Shown piece after piece: positions 17,916 to 33,099 of a stretch of DNA of 64,000 nucleotides; the first letter of the stretch is position 1, and each line of letters opens with the position of its first letter. Made by a program: the position numbers and the translations under genes. The DNA is taken from NCBI RefSeq assembly GCF_009914755.1, contig NC_060937.1; one strand, 5' to 3'. The stretch comes from the human T2T-CHM13v2.0 reference genome, Homo sapiens. Under the pieces are notes generated by a model. It made no database searches. It saw only the letters and a program-made list of their open reading frames with translations, and was not told the DNA's origin.

Positions 17916-18282
17916 ACAAGTCCTACTCATTTGTAAGGATTCCTGTTGAATATCATCTTCTGAAAGCCATTCCTGGTTTCCTTATTTGGGGTTGGGTACC
18001 TACCCATTGTGTTCTTGTGATGTCTTGTGTATATGCTGTCTTATTTGTTAGGTTATCCTGCAATTGCTGGTTTGTAAGCTCTGCTTGCCATCTTCCCCAC
18101 TAGACTATGGGCTTCTTGAGAGCAGAGATCACTTCATGTGACTTGGAATCCTTACTAGCTCACCTAATGCTTAGAACACAGGCAGCAGTCAATATTATAG
18201 CAGAAAGGGTTTTACTGTCCAGGCCTGCAACATGTTATAGTAATACAGCCGGACCTCTGATGTCAGAGGATAAGAATCCCAC

Positions 18283-19182
<900 letters not shown>

Positions 19183-19257
19183 CATAGCTTCTCGAGTCAC
19201 ACACATGCCTTTTTCTGATCCAACATGAGGATAAAGCAGAAAATCACATTAAGAGGG

Positions 19258-19729
19258 TGTGAACCCCGAAAATCTGAGACAGGTCTCAGTTAATTTAGAA
19301 AGTTTGTTTTGCCAAGATTGAGGATGCACGCCCATGACACAGCCTCAGGAGGTCCTGACGACACGTGCCCAAGGTGGCCAGAGCTCAGTTTGGTTTTCTA
19401 CATTTTAGGGAGACATGAGACATCAATCAACATATGGTTGGTTGAACCATATGTTCGGTTCAACCAATGTTCGGATGAACATTGGTTCGGTCTGGAAAGG
19501 TGGGACAACTCGAAGCAAGGAGGGGGCTTCCAGGTCATAGGCAGATAAGAGACAAATGGATGCATTCTGATTAGCCACTCCAAAAAAGGCAATCAGATAT
19601 GTATTTATCTCAGTGAGCAGAGGGGTGACTTTGAATAGAATGGGAAACAAATTTGCCCTAAGCAGTTTCCAGCTTGACTCTTCCCTTTAGCTCAGTGGTA
19701 TTGGGGCCCCAAGATATTTTCCTTTCACA
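19258..19729 (-). mobile_element. ERV1 solo LTR (MER4A-like)
   Basis: Reverse complement begins TGTGAAAGGAAAATATCTTGGGG and ends GGGGTTCACA; 4-bp TSD aggg. Confidence 0.88.
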
Positions 19730-19873
19730 AGGGAAACCACCCCCAAGAGGTGGAGGGAGCTGCCTTTGAAAGCATGGGTCCAGTGAGTCTACACTCATTG
19801 CTGTGGGCACAGGCCACCATCAGACTTAGGGACTGAGGATGAGTGAGCACAGCTGACTAGGAAAACACGTCTA

Positions 19874-20188
<315 letters not shown>

Positions 20189-20789
20189 TAGGAAACAAAG
20201 TGCCCCAAGCCATGATCACTGCCTTGAAATCTTATTTTGAGAAAACTATATTCTAAAGTTGAGTAAGCAAAACTGGAGAAAAATGAGAATAAAGTAAGGC
20301 CATGGAATACAAGGAGCCCAGCCTTCTGTATGGAGCCTGGTTTATATACACCTTCTTTCCACAATATTTCCCTAGTCTTGGCATGTAAGCTTTGTCCAAG
20401 CCTCTACTCTGTAGGGAATCTTGGCTTAGACAATATACTAAGGGATGGTCACACTTTAGTTACAACAGGAAAGTGGTTCTTTGGAGAAACTGATGATGTA
20501 AGGAGTCTTTGTAATTAAGTACAAGTCCCAAGATCATCCTGACTTGTCAAGGAAAAACATACTAGAAAGGACATGGCAGGGAAGGGATGGGCTGCCTAAA
20601 GATGAAAATAGGAATGTGTATAGGCAGGAAAATAACACTGACAAAAGGAAGAAAGGCAGGAACTAACAGAGAAATTAAGGAGGGATGGAATCAGATTTGG
20701 AAAAGGTGCTTGGATGTAAACTAATTCATCCTTATGTCCAATACATGACTCTTCTCTCTCCTCCCTACTAGGCAGGGCATTTTTGCTTC

Positions 20790-21250
20790 CTGACAGCTTC
20801 TGCTTGAACACCTCCTGCGATGGAAACTCACTATCAAAAATAGCTCCTTTCCTTTTTGCACAGTGCTGAGCCAAACTGAATCAAATTTTGTCTACTTGCA
20901 AATTCTGCCCATTAGCTCTGTTCTGACCACTGCAGCGACTCTCAATAGGTATGATGCCTTTTGACCTAGCGGCCCTTCAAATATTTGAAATCCACTTCCT
21001 CTGACAGCCCCACCCTGACACCATTTCTAGATCCTACATGATCCTGCTCGGTCATCTGTGAACATACTTCAGATGTGTCAATCACCTTGAAATGTGGAAC
21101 CTAGAACTGAACACAACGTTCCATGTCATCAGTGAAATTGGAGCACAACAGTATTGTTTATATCCTGAGACTTATTGTCCTGTTAATAAAGTCTGAGATA
21201 GAACTTGCTTTTTGGCAGCCCTTCAACAATGTTGGGTCACACAGAGCCTA
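20790..21250 (-). mobile_element. L3/CR1 LINE relic
   Basis: cttgaacacctcc...ggaaactcacta; gcccttcaaatatttgaa; aaatgtgg...agaactgaacaca. Confidence 0.5.
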
Positions 21251-21956
21251 AAATCAGTTTTAAATTACTGCTCCATCTTCTGATCACATCATATATTCCA
21301 GGAGCTCTCTGATTATTTGGATTTTATTTCAACACTAAAAAATGTTGAGAACAACATAGCCTTATGTAAAAAAAAAAAAAAAAGGTTCCAAGGAAGGATA
21401 TTTTTAAAAGGCAAAAGATTGAAAGAAAATGACATCCAATGGATAGTCATATCTAATGTAGAGTTTAAGAACTGGTAAATATGTGGGCAAATATAAAAGC
21501 ATTTTCAAAAGTCATCTTTTTATTTCTTTAAAAGATAACTGGCTGTTTAAAACAATGATTATACGTTCTGAGATTTATAACATACAAAGGCAAAATGTAT
21601 GGCATGAGAGCACAAAAGACAGATATGGAGAAGTGGAAGTAATCTGCTTTCAGGTCTTGAATTACACGTGAAATAGTGTGATGTTATTGAAGGTAGACTG
21701 TGAAAACTTCAAATGTATATTGTAAGCCCTAGAACAGCCACTAAAAGAAAGGAAATGGTATAGCTATTAAGTCAATCGTAGAGTTAGAATTAAAAATACT
21801 TTGATATAAGCTTTCCATTTATAAATTAAAAAAAGAAAAATACTTGATCTAGAAAAGGAACAGATGAGACAATCTTTAGTTTGTCACAACTGGTTTTCAC
21901 AATGTCAAGACATTAAACTGATATGTCCATAATTACATTAAATGTAAATAGTAAAA

Positions 21957-22270
<314 letters not shown>

Positions 22271-22429
22271 TTAAAAGGTAGAGATTGAATAGTTCTTGTA
22301 AAAATAGTAACCTTCTATACACAGTATATAAGAAACATACTTTAAACACACAAATAGGTTAAAAATAAAGAACGAAAAAAGATACACTATGTAAGCTCAA
22401 TAGTCATGAGAAAACTGAAGGGGTGATGT

Positions 22430-23134
22430 TGTGACCGCCCAATGGGCTCACCTTGCCCGCTGTCTAGACAGAGCCGATTTATCAAGACAAGGACTTGTGG
22501 TGAAGAAAGCGTAATTTATGCAGAGCCGGCTGTGTGGGAGACTGGAGTTTTATTATTATTCAAGTCAGTCTCCCTGAAAACTCAGGGATCAGAGTTTTTA
22601 AGGATAATTTGGTGGGTAGGGCCAGTGGGTCGGGAGTGCTGATTGGTTGGCTTGGGGGTGAAATCACAGGGAGTCAAAGCTGTCCTCTTGCACTGAGTCA
22701 GTTCCTTGATGGGGGCCACAGGACTGGTTGGCAGGTCCAGGCTGGGGACACCCAGTTGTCAGAAATGCAAAAACCTGAAAAGACATCTCAACAGACCAAT
22801 CTTAGGTTCACAATGGTGATGTTATCTTCAAGAGTAACTGGGGAATTTGCCAGCTTATGACCTCCGGAATAATGTCTGGTAATACTGAGAATTCCAGTCC
22901 CTCTCATCCTTACTTCGTGGCTGGTGGCCTTTTATTTGTTTTGCAAGAACAGTTTCACTTTTGGGAAGGGCTATTATTTAAACTCTAAACTAAGTTCCTT
23001 CCCAAGGCTAGTTCAGCCTATACCCAGGAATGGGCAAGGACAGTTTAGAGGTTAGAAGCAAGATGGAGTTGGTTAGGTCTGATCTCTTTCACTGTCATAA
23101 TTTCCTTAGTTATAATTTTGCAAAGGCAGTTTCA
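22430..23134 (-). mobile_element. ERV1 solo LTR (LTR8 family)
   Basis: Reverse complement begins TGAAACTGCCTTTGCAAAATTATAACT; 4-bp TSD atgt at 22426-22429 and 23135-23138. Confidence 0.85.
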
Positions 23135-23176
23135 ATGTTAGTATCAGGAAAAAATAGAATTTAGGAAAAGTAACAT

Positions 23177-24002
<826 letters not shown>

Positions 24003-24434
24003 GAACAAAGAGATACAGCAATCCTAATTGTGTATGCGCCTAATTACACAGCTTCAAATGCATGAAGCAAAAGCTGGCAAAATAAAAAGGAGAATTAGAG
24101 AAATCCAGATTTATAGTTGGAAATTTCAACAGTTCTCTCAGTAATAGATAGAACAAACAGACAGAAAATCAGTAAGACCTGAACAACACTATCAACAAGT
24201 TTGACCTAATTGAGATTTATAGAAAACAACATTCAATAATAGCAGCATTCACTTTTATCCCTAATATATATCCTATTATAGGGCACATGGAATTTTTACT
24301 AGAATAGATCCTGTGCTGGGCCATGCAGCAAATTTCAATACACTTAATTAAAATTATACAGAGAATGTTTTCAGTCTGTAGTGGAATTAATTTGAAAATC
24401 GATAATTAAAAGATATCTTTAAAATTCCTACTTG

Positions 24435-24740
<306 letters not shown>

Positions 24741-25535
24741 TTAAAAGACTCAAAGCCTCTCAAGAGACTTTGAAAGAAAAGAAAACTCCAGGGCATTCTC
24801 ACAGTGGAAAAAGATGGAAGAAATATAACAAATGAAATGCATGATGCTTGATTGGGGAAAAACAGAAACAAAGAGCATTATTGGGACAATTGGGGAAAAT
24901 TTAATATTGGCTGTATTTCAGATAATATACTTTGAATCAATGTTCAATTTTCTGAATGTGCACTGAAAAGGAGTGTCCTTAGTCTTAGGAAATATATATT
25001 TTAGTGTTTAGGTTTCAAGTGTCATGAGATCTGCACTTTGAAAAGACAGCTCTTGCCCCCAAATTCTGTCTCTATTACATCTCTCTCTCTCTGTCCATAG
25101 CTATATGGAACAAATGTGGCAAAATGTTAACAAATGCCAAATATATAGATGAAGGGTATGTAAGTTTTTATTAAGCTATTTTGACAGCTTTTCTATAGGT
25201 TTGGAAGTTTTCAAATACAAACTTGTGGAGATTTTTACATTTTACATCCTTCATAGAGTCAAGCATTTGACACTTTCCTTTACAATTTCTATTAACTTAC
25301 GTGTGGAAATATTTGAAATGGTCTATATGTTCAAAATTAGGCTAATGGTTGAAGTACAGCAAGCTCAGAGGCGGCCTGGACTATTGCCAGTGGATTCCTA
25401 GTGCCTTGCATATTTCCTGGCACATGGTAGGTGCTCCTTAAATGTCCTTCTTTTTGCTTTGCTTTTGCTGAGATTTAACTTTATATATCCAGAAATTACA
25501 TACAATAAACTGTACAAATATTAAGGGTACAGCTT

Positions 25536-26216
<681 letters not shown>

Positions 26217-26440
26217 AGTTTGATTAGTTTTTATGTGGGGGTATTAATACTCCCACGGAACCACCATTCATTTCAAGATACAGGATATTTTCAGCACCCC
26301 AGGAGGTCCTCTCATTCTCTCTCCTGGTCAATAGCATCCCCCACAAAAAGTGGCCATTTTTCTGACTTCATCATCATAGGCTAGTTTTGCCTGTTTATGA
26401 ACTTTATTTAGAGCTCATACAGTATATATTATTTTACGTC

Positions 26441-26500
26441 TTCCCTTGAAGTTTTTTCCCTTCAAGTTTCTTCCCTTGAAGCTTCTTTCCTTGAAGTTTT
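26441..26500. repeat. 15-bp minisatellite x4 (ttcccttgaagtttt)
   Basis: Units start at 26441, 26456, 26471 and 26486. Confidence 0.9.
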
Positions 26501-27899
26501 TTCATGTAGCAGTAGTGTGTTATGTCGCTTTGTGATATTTCATTGTATGAACACACACCACCATTTAAAAACCCATTCTGTTGTTAATGGACATTGTGTT
26601 GCTTGTAGTTTCTTAATGAAGTGTCTCTCTTGTGCTTGTCTCCAATGGACAGATGCATTCTTCATGCTGGATATTTATCCTGGGGTATAATTGTTACATC
26701 AGAGGGTATAAATATACTTTTAGCTTCGGTAGATACTACAAAAGTTTTGTGAAATGATTGTTCAACTTACATTCCACCTAAGAATATCTGAGTATTTCAG
26801 TTGCTCTGAATCCTGACACTTGCTATTGTCAGTCCTTTTCATTTTAGCCCTTCTGGCAGGGCTGTAGTGCTATTTCACTTGGTTTTAACATTAAATAGAT
26901 GAAAATGGCATGCCTATAAAATGGAGTATTGTAGAGCTATAAGCAAATGCGTTTTCAAAGATTTAATATTCTGGGAATATGCTTGTGATACGTAAAGATG
27001 AAAATCACATACAAACTCTGTATATAGTACTCTTTTATTTTTATTTTAATGTATACATATTAATAAAGAGGACTAGTGGAAATTCACCAAGATATTAAGA
27101 GCTGATTTTGGATAGTGGGATTCATTTTTTTTTCACCTCATACTTTTCTGTAATCATGAGATTACAGTCCTACAATGGAAAAATATCAATTTTAAAAAAC
27201 AGAAAAAAATTATGTCATATTTTTAAGAGTAGTCTTTGCGTGAGAAAATGAAACTTCAATGTTCAAAGAATAAATGGGACTTCTCTGGGCCTGTTTTATC
27301 ATCTGTAAAATGGACCTACGTCACGACCACAGAACAGTGCTTGTCACTAAGTAAACAGTCAATAAATGACAGCCTTAAAATACAGAACACTCCCAGGATG
27401 GCAAAGGAGGCAGTGCCCTCAGGGGAGTCAGGGGTCAGAGCAAGAAAGTGAAGGTAACTTTCAGAGAGGAGGTCGAGGGCATATGGCAAGTTTCCAATGG
27501 AGCCTGACCTCCAGAGGCCAGTGAAGGGTTTCTGGAATGGGGGATGGTGTGTGACAGAAAATGGGAATAGAAAAGGGGATGTCCTGGGCCCACAGAGAGA
27601 CTCCAGTGAGGACGCTGAGAGGTGACGTGGCTGTCTGCGGTTCCTTGTGGTCTCAGAGCAGATGATAATGGTGAGGTTGCGACAGAGTGCCTGGGGCTTG
27701 CCCTCCACTTCTGACAATGAAACTGGGAGAGGAACAGGTTACTCAGAGTGCATGAGGTCCTTTAGAACTCGGAAATATAACGGAAATATAACTTTAACTG
27801 GGTCTGGTGACTTGAACCAAGGTAGCGGGGCACCTGCTTCCTGTCTTCATCACCTCGGTTGGTTTCCAGTTCCACATTAACTGTTCTTATTCCCAGCTT

Positions 27900-28050
27900 T
27901 AGAGTGTGCTCCCTTCTAGGGCATCTGCTCCAAGCCATAGGTGTTCAGATTTAAGGTGGGTGGTATGAGGCCCAGGCATCGATATTGAAAAGTAAAAAAT
28001 TATAACTCCCTAAGTGATTCTAATGTACAGCCACACTTGAGAACCATGGG
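27900..28050. mobile_element. MER5-like hAT-Charlie DNA transposon relic
   Basis: gaggcccaggcatc...aactccctaagtgattctaatgtacagccacacttgagaacc. Confidence 0.6.
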
Positions 28051-28528
28051 ATGTATCCCTGCTGTCTTTTGTGTGACCATAACAAATATGTAGTTTTTAT
28101 TATTTTTCTGTCAACTCTAGCTCATCCCAGGCCTTTCCAACATTATTCTCAGAGGTGTTTGGCACTTATATTCATCCTTGATTTATATATCCAAACTCCC
28201 ACTTTCTGTTCGTGTCTTTTAAAATTATGAGATTGGAGAGCTGACTTGTAGCCACAATGGTCTCTTTAGATACCTCTTTTCCCTTCATCAGAATAATTTG
28301 TGACTATATAGCAGATACTTATTTTTCAGAGATCTGAATACACAGAAGCATCTTCATATTTTATCTCATCTTTTTGTAAGCTTATTTCATAAGGTTTGGA
28401 GTAGATGTTGATGCCTAACACTGTCTTCTATGTATATCATGCTTTGAACTGGAAAAAGCGCCAATGAACAGACTACTTCTCAAGAAGTACAGAGCATCGG
28501 GCCCCACAATTAGCAAAGTCAGCAGCTC

Positions 28529-30408
28529 CTCCAATGTATAGATTCAATGGTATTCCTATCAAACTACCAATGACATTCTTCCCAGAACCAGAAAAAAAAC
28601 TATTTTAAATCCCATATGGAACCAAAAAAGAGCCCCAATATCCAAGGCAATCCTAAGCAAAAAGAACAATGCTGGAGACATCAGAGGCATCATGCCACCT
28701 GACTTTAAACTATACTGCAAGGCTACAGTAATCAAAACAGCATGGTACTGGTATAAAAACAGGCACATAGACCAATGGAATGGAATAGAGAGCCCAGAAA
28801 TGAGGCCACACTCTATGGCCATCTGATCTCCGACAAACCTGACAAAAACAAGCAGTGGGGAAAGGACTCCCTATTCAATAAATGGTGCTGGGATAACTGG
28901 CTAGCCATATGCAGAAAACTGAAGCTGGACCCCTTCCTTACACCACAAAAAATCAACTCAAGACGGAATAAAGACTTAAATATAAAACCTGAAACTATAA
29001 AAATCCTGGAAGACAACCTTGGCAATGCCATCCTGGACATAGGAATGGGCAAAGATTTCATAAGGAAGACACCACAATCAATCATAACAAAAGCAAAAAT
29101 TGACAAATGGGATTTAATCAAACTTAAGAGCCTCTGCACAGGAAAAGAAACTATTAACAGAGTAAACAGACAAGCTACAGAATGGGAGAAAAATTTTGTA
29201 AACTATGCATCTGACAAAGGTCTCATATCTAGCATCCATCAGGAACTTAAACAAATTTACAAGAATAAAATAAACAACCCCATTAAAAAATGGGCAAAAG
29301 ACATGAACACTTTTCAAAAGAGAACATACACGTGGCCAAGAAGTGTATAAAAAAAGCTCATCGCTGATCATTAGAGAAATGCAAATCAAAACCACAATGA
29401 AATACCATTTCACAACAGTCAGAATGGCTATTATTAAAAGTCAAATATTGGCTGGGTGCGGTGGCTCTTGCCTGTAATCCCAGCACTTTGGGAGGCTGAG
29501 GCTGGTGGATTGCTTGAGCATGAGAGTTTGAGACCAGCCTGGGCAACATGGAGAAACCTCATCCCTATAAATATAAAAAATTAGCCAGCCACAAGCCTGT
29601 AGCCCCAGCTACTCACGAGGCTAAGGTGGGAGGATCACTTGAGTCCAGGAGGCAGAGGTTGCAGTGAGCCAAGCTCACGCCGCTGCACTCCATCCTGGGC
29701 CAGAGTGAGACCCTGTCTCAAAAATAATGAAAGGTAACTAAAGTCAAAAAATAACACATTCTGGAGAGGTTGTGTAGAAGGGAACACTTATACACTGTTG
29801 GTGGGAGTGTAAATTAGTTGAACCATTGTGGAAAAGTGTGGCGTTTCCTCAAACACTTAAAACAGAAATACTATTTGACGTAGCAATCCCATTACTGGGT
29901 ATATATGCAAAGGAATATAAATCGTTCTATCCTAAAGATACATGCATGCATGTGTTCATGCAGCACTCTTCCCAACAGAAAAGACATGGAATCAACCTAA
30001 ATGCCCATCAGTGGTAGACTGGATAAAGAAAATGTGGTACATAGGCAGCATGGAATACTATGCAGCCATGAAAAAAGAATAAGATCATGTCCTTTGCAGG
30101 GACAGGGATGGAGCTGGAGATAATTATCCTTATGAACCTAATGCAGGAACAGAAAACCAAATGCTGCATGTTCTTACTTATAAGTAGGAGCTAAATGATA
30201 AGAACACATGGACACATAGAGGGGAAAAACAGACCCTGGGGCCTACCAGAGGGTAGAAGGTGGGAGGGAGAGGATCAGGAAAAATAACTAATGGGTACTA
30301 GACTTAATACCTGGGTGAAGAAATAATCTGTATAACAAACCCCTGTGACATGAGTTTACCTATATAACAAACCTGCACATGTGCGCCTGAACTTAAAAGC
30401 TAAAAAAG
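28529..30408 (+). mobile_element. 5'-truncated L1PA (old primate, L1PA13-16-like): ORF2 C-terminus plus 3'UTR, with nested AluJ (29449-29728)
   Basis: ORF 28775-29350 is L1 ORF2 ([31 protein letters not shown]). TSD core tcagcagctc at 28519-28528 and 30411-30420. Confidence 0.92.
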
Positions 30409-30420
30409 AATCAGCAGCTC

Positions 30421-30800
30421 TGCAAGGGCAGGTTTTTTCCTTTCTCCTCTACAGCTTCAATGTGCTGGCTTTGCCCTCAGGTTAGCTCCCTTCTGGGTCC
30501 AAATGTGGCTATAGCAGTTTCAGTCATCAAGTTCAGGCAAAATAATGTAAACAGGCAAAAAGAGTCTCTTTCAAGGTCTCCTTGGGAGTGAAGGAACTTT
30601 CCCCAGAAACACCCTCAGCAGAGTTTCCTCATGTCTCCTTTGCCAGGATGGAGTCCCATGGCCACTTCTAAAGCAATTACACCAAAGGTAACAGAGCTGG
30701 GATAACGTCCTACTTCCCTAAGCCACAAGGTGGGGGAAAGCAGTTACTCCTCAATATCCTGGCAAGGAAGCAGCAGCGATGCTGGAGAAGCAACCACCAG
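30421..30800. mobile_element. Ancient ERVL-type LTR relic (LTR33/MLT1K-like)
   Basis: actttccccagaaacaccctcagcagagtttcctcatgtctc...ccaggatggagtcccatggccac. Confidence 0.4.
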
Positions 30801-33099
30801 TGTCTGCCTTAGTCTCATCATTACTAACATTTGAGTGCACACCTATGTTCGCTGCAGGCTCCTAACATTTCCTCTAGAATCATTCTTTCCCACGGGGCCA
30901 AAATGAATCCCAGAGCAGCAGTTTTGTTACTTCTGGTAACCTAATGGGATGGCATTATCAGCAAGTCAAGAGTTAATCGGACTCTTAGCAAACAAGACAC
31001 CCAGCAAGGTCTTTTATAGCCCAACTACTGCATCACTACCATGTCTTGTCTCTGTGTTTTCCTGTTGCAGATTCAGAACAGAAATCCATAGCCTTAATCT
31101 GATGAAGAAAAAGTACAATATAACCTGACAATCATATTTTTGTCTTTTTTCATTATTCACATACTCCTCATTTACTTTCCCTCTCAGGTCTAAGTTCCCT
31201 TTGTGTATTCTTGATATAGTTTCCCACCTTTATTAGACCCATTTCTTTTGAACAGTGTATTTTTGTACCCTAGTAACAAATAGCATCTCAGATTTTGACA
31301 GTTATGTTTATGTCCTTATGTTAACATGTCTAAGCTCTATGTATGACCTGGTACCTCGCATATACACATCTGAAGCTGTGTCATTACTGGGTCCCCTATT
31401 TTCCTTCTATTCCAGAGCTTATTTTTGAGATGTCCCCACTCATCTTCCTTTTAAATGAACACAGCATCATCCACATTTTCTCTGGCCTTTTCATAAGCTA
31501 CTTCCATAAAGTTTAGAGTATACGTTGATGCCCAGCACTTTATTTCCAACATAAGGCCTTCTGACAGGTTTGCTAGCTTGCATGAGTTCTCAGACAAATC
31601 AGTGCTCTAAATATTTATTTTAAAATAAACCTTACAACCCTCTAAACTATGTGTTAATTTTTATAAATGAAAAAACTGAAGCTCAGATATTAAGTAACTT
31701 CTTCAAAATCACCCAGAACAAAGTCAGGCTTGACTCCAAAGCCCAGCTATTCTTGTGGTTTTCTGAACTCTGAGGACTGAAGAACAGCATCAGTCAAAAT
31801 GTAGATGTGTTAAAATTATCAGACTTAAAAAAAAATGCTCCTGAGAAACACTGGGGGAGTGGCACCCTAATGGAACCCAGGTGAGTGATGCCCACGGAAA
31901 ACCATGTGGTAAGGAAGGACATAAGGGGAAACAGGTTCCAGCATGCAGGGAAGAAGAAAAACTATCTCGTCTGGCAGACAACTGAGAACTGGCCAACTCC
32001 CAGATGTCTTCCTGTATGTTCCTACAAGAATTCTGAGGGTCCCACTCTGCTGCGGCTTGTCCCGGTTCCCCTCCAGGTTCTGCTGCCTCCTTGTATTATT
32101 TAACTATAGCAAAGTTTCTCCCACTTCATTGTAAGACTTCCCTTACATCAAATAAGCTTCAAGAACATGTGTAGAAAATAAAAGATACCAAATAATGTTT
32201 GAATGTGTAATTACTACATTCTAAAACCAGCCAGACTCTTCTAAGACTTCTAACAAACCACTTCCAGAGCCATTTTAGAAAATGTGTTTACCCAACTCCT
32301 TTTTTATTGGTTGACTCACGTGAAAGAGATGGGCATTTCCTTTCCCCAAATGGGAATTTACTATGCCTACTCCATATTTCTTGAAAGCTGTCATTTTGAA
32401 AAAGAGGAATATGAAAAATATTAAAAGACAAACATCTGACATCACTGTCGAAGACTATAAAATAATGTAGTAAGTGAAATTGGTTTTCACATTTCAGTAC
32501 TGCTTTAAACTCTGATATTTAAGAACTAAGTGTTTCTCATTTAGTTCTATCCATGATCTCTTTCAGAAGTCAACCACCTCCTGTGTAAAAGCCTCATAGA
32601 AGCCACTGCCTTCTGAAGGAAACACACCAACTGGCAGGGGGTCAGGGTAAGCCAGGAGTCACACCCAACTACCACTGCTCACACCCAAGAACCCCACCCT
32701 ACCCTGGCCACAAAAACTGTGCCTAGACTCCAGCACAGCCTGCAGCTGTGTTTCAATTATAGCTGTGTTTGTAATTATAGGTCATGTGCCTTCTCCCCCA
32801 CCCCAATCACTCCACCCCAATCACTCCATTTGGCTAACAAGTGACCATATTATAACACAAAAATGGAAAACAAACTGGAATGCTCGAAAAAGTTACAAAT
32901 AAAAACGGTATGAAGGCATATTAAATTTTGGCTGATACTTCCCTTTGATTTTGCTAAACTATAGCAAAGGCTGGCTCAATGTTGATTTTTACTGAAGAGT
33001 ATCATTAACTGAAGAAAGAAAAAAAGACATAAACAGTAGTGAAATAAAGAATAGGCAAATACACCAGAATTATGAATAGAAGCCATTTTAAAGAAGAGA

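Noticed and set aside
28775-29350. 191-aa ORF, the longest in the track
   Set aside because: It is a fragment of L1 ORF2 in a 5'-truncated, frameshifted, Alu-interrupted L1PA and cannot be a functional retrotransposon.
32798-32828. 14-bp tandem duplication ccccaatcactcca (a similar one at 60344-60371)
   Set aside because: Ordinary slippage duplications with no further support.
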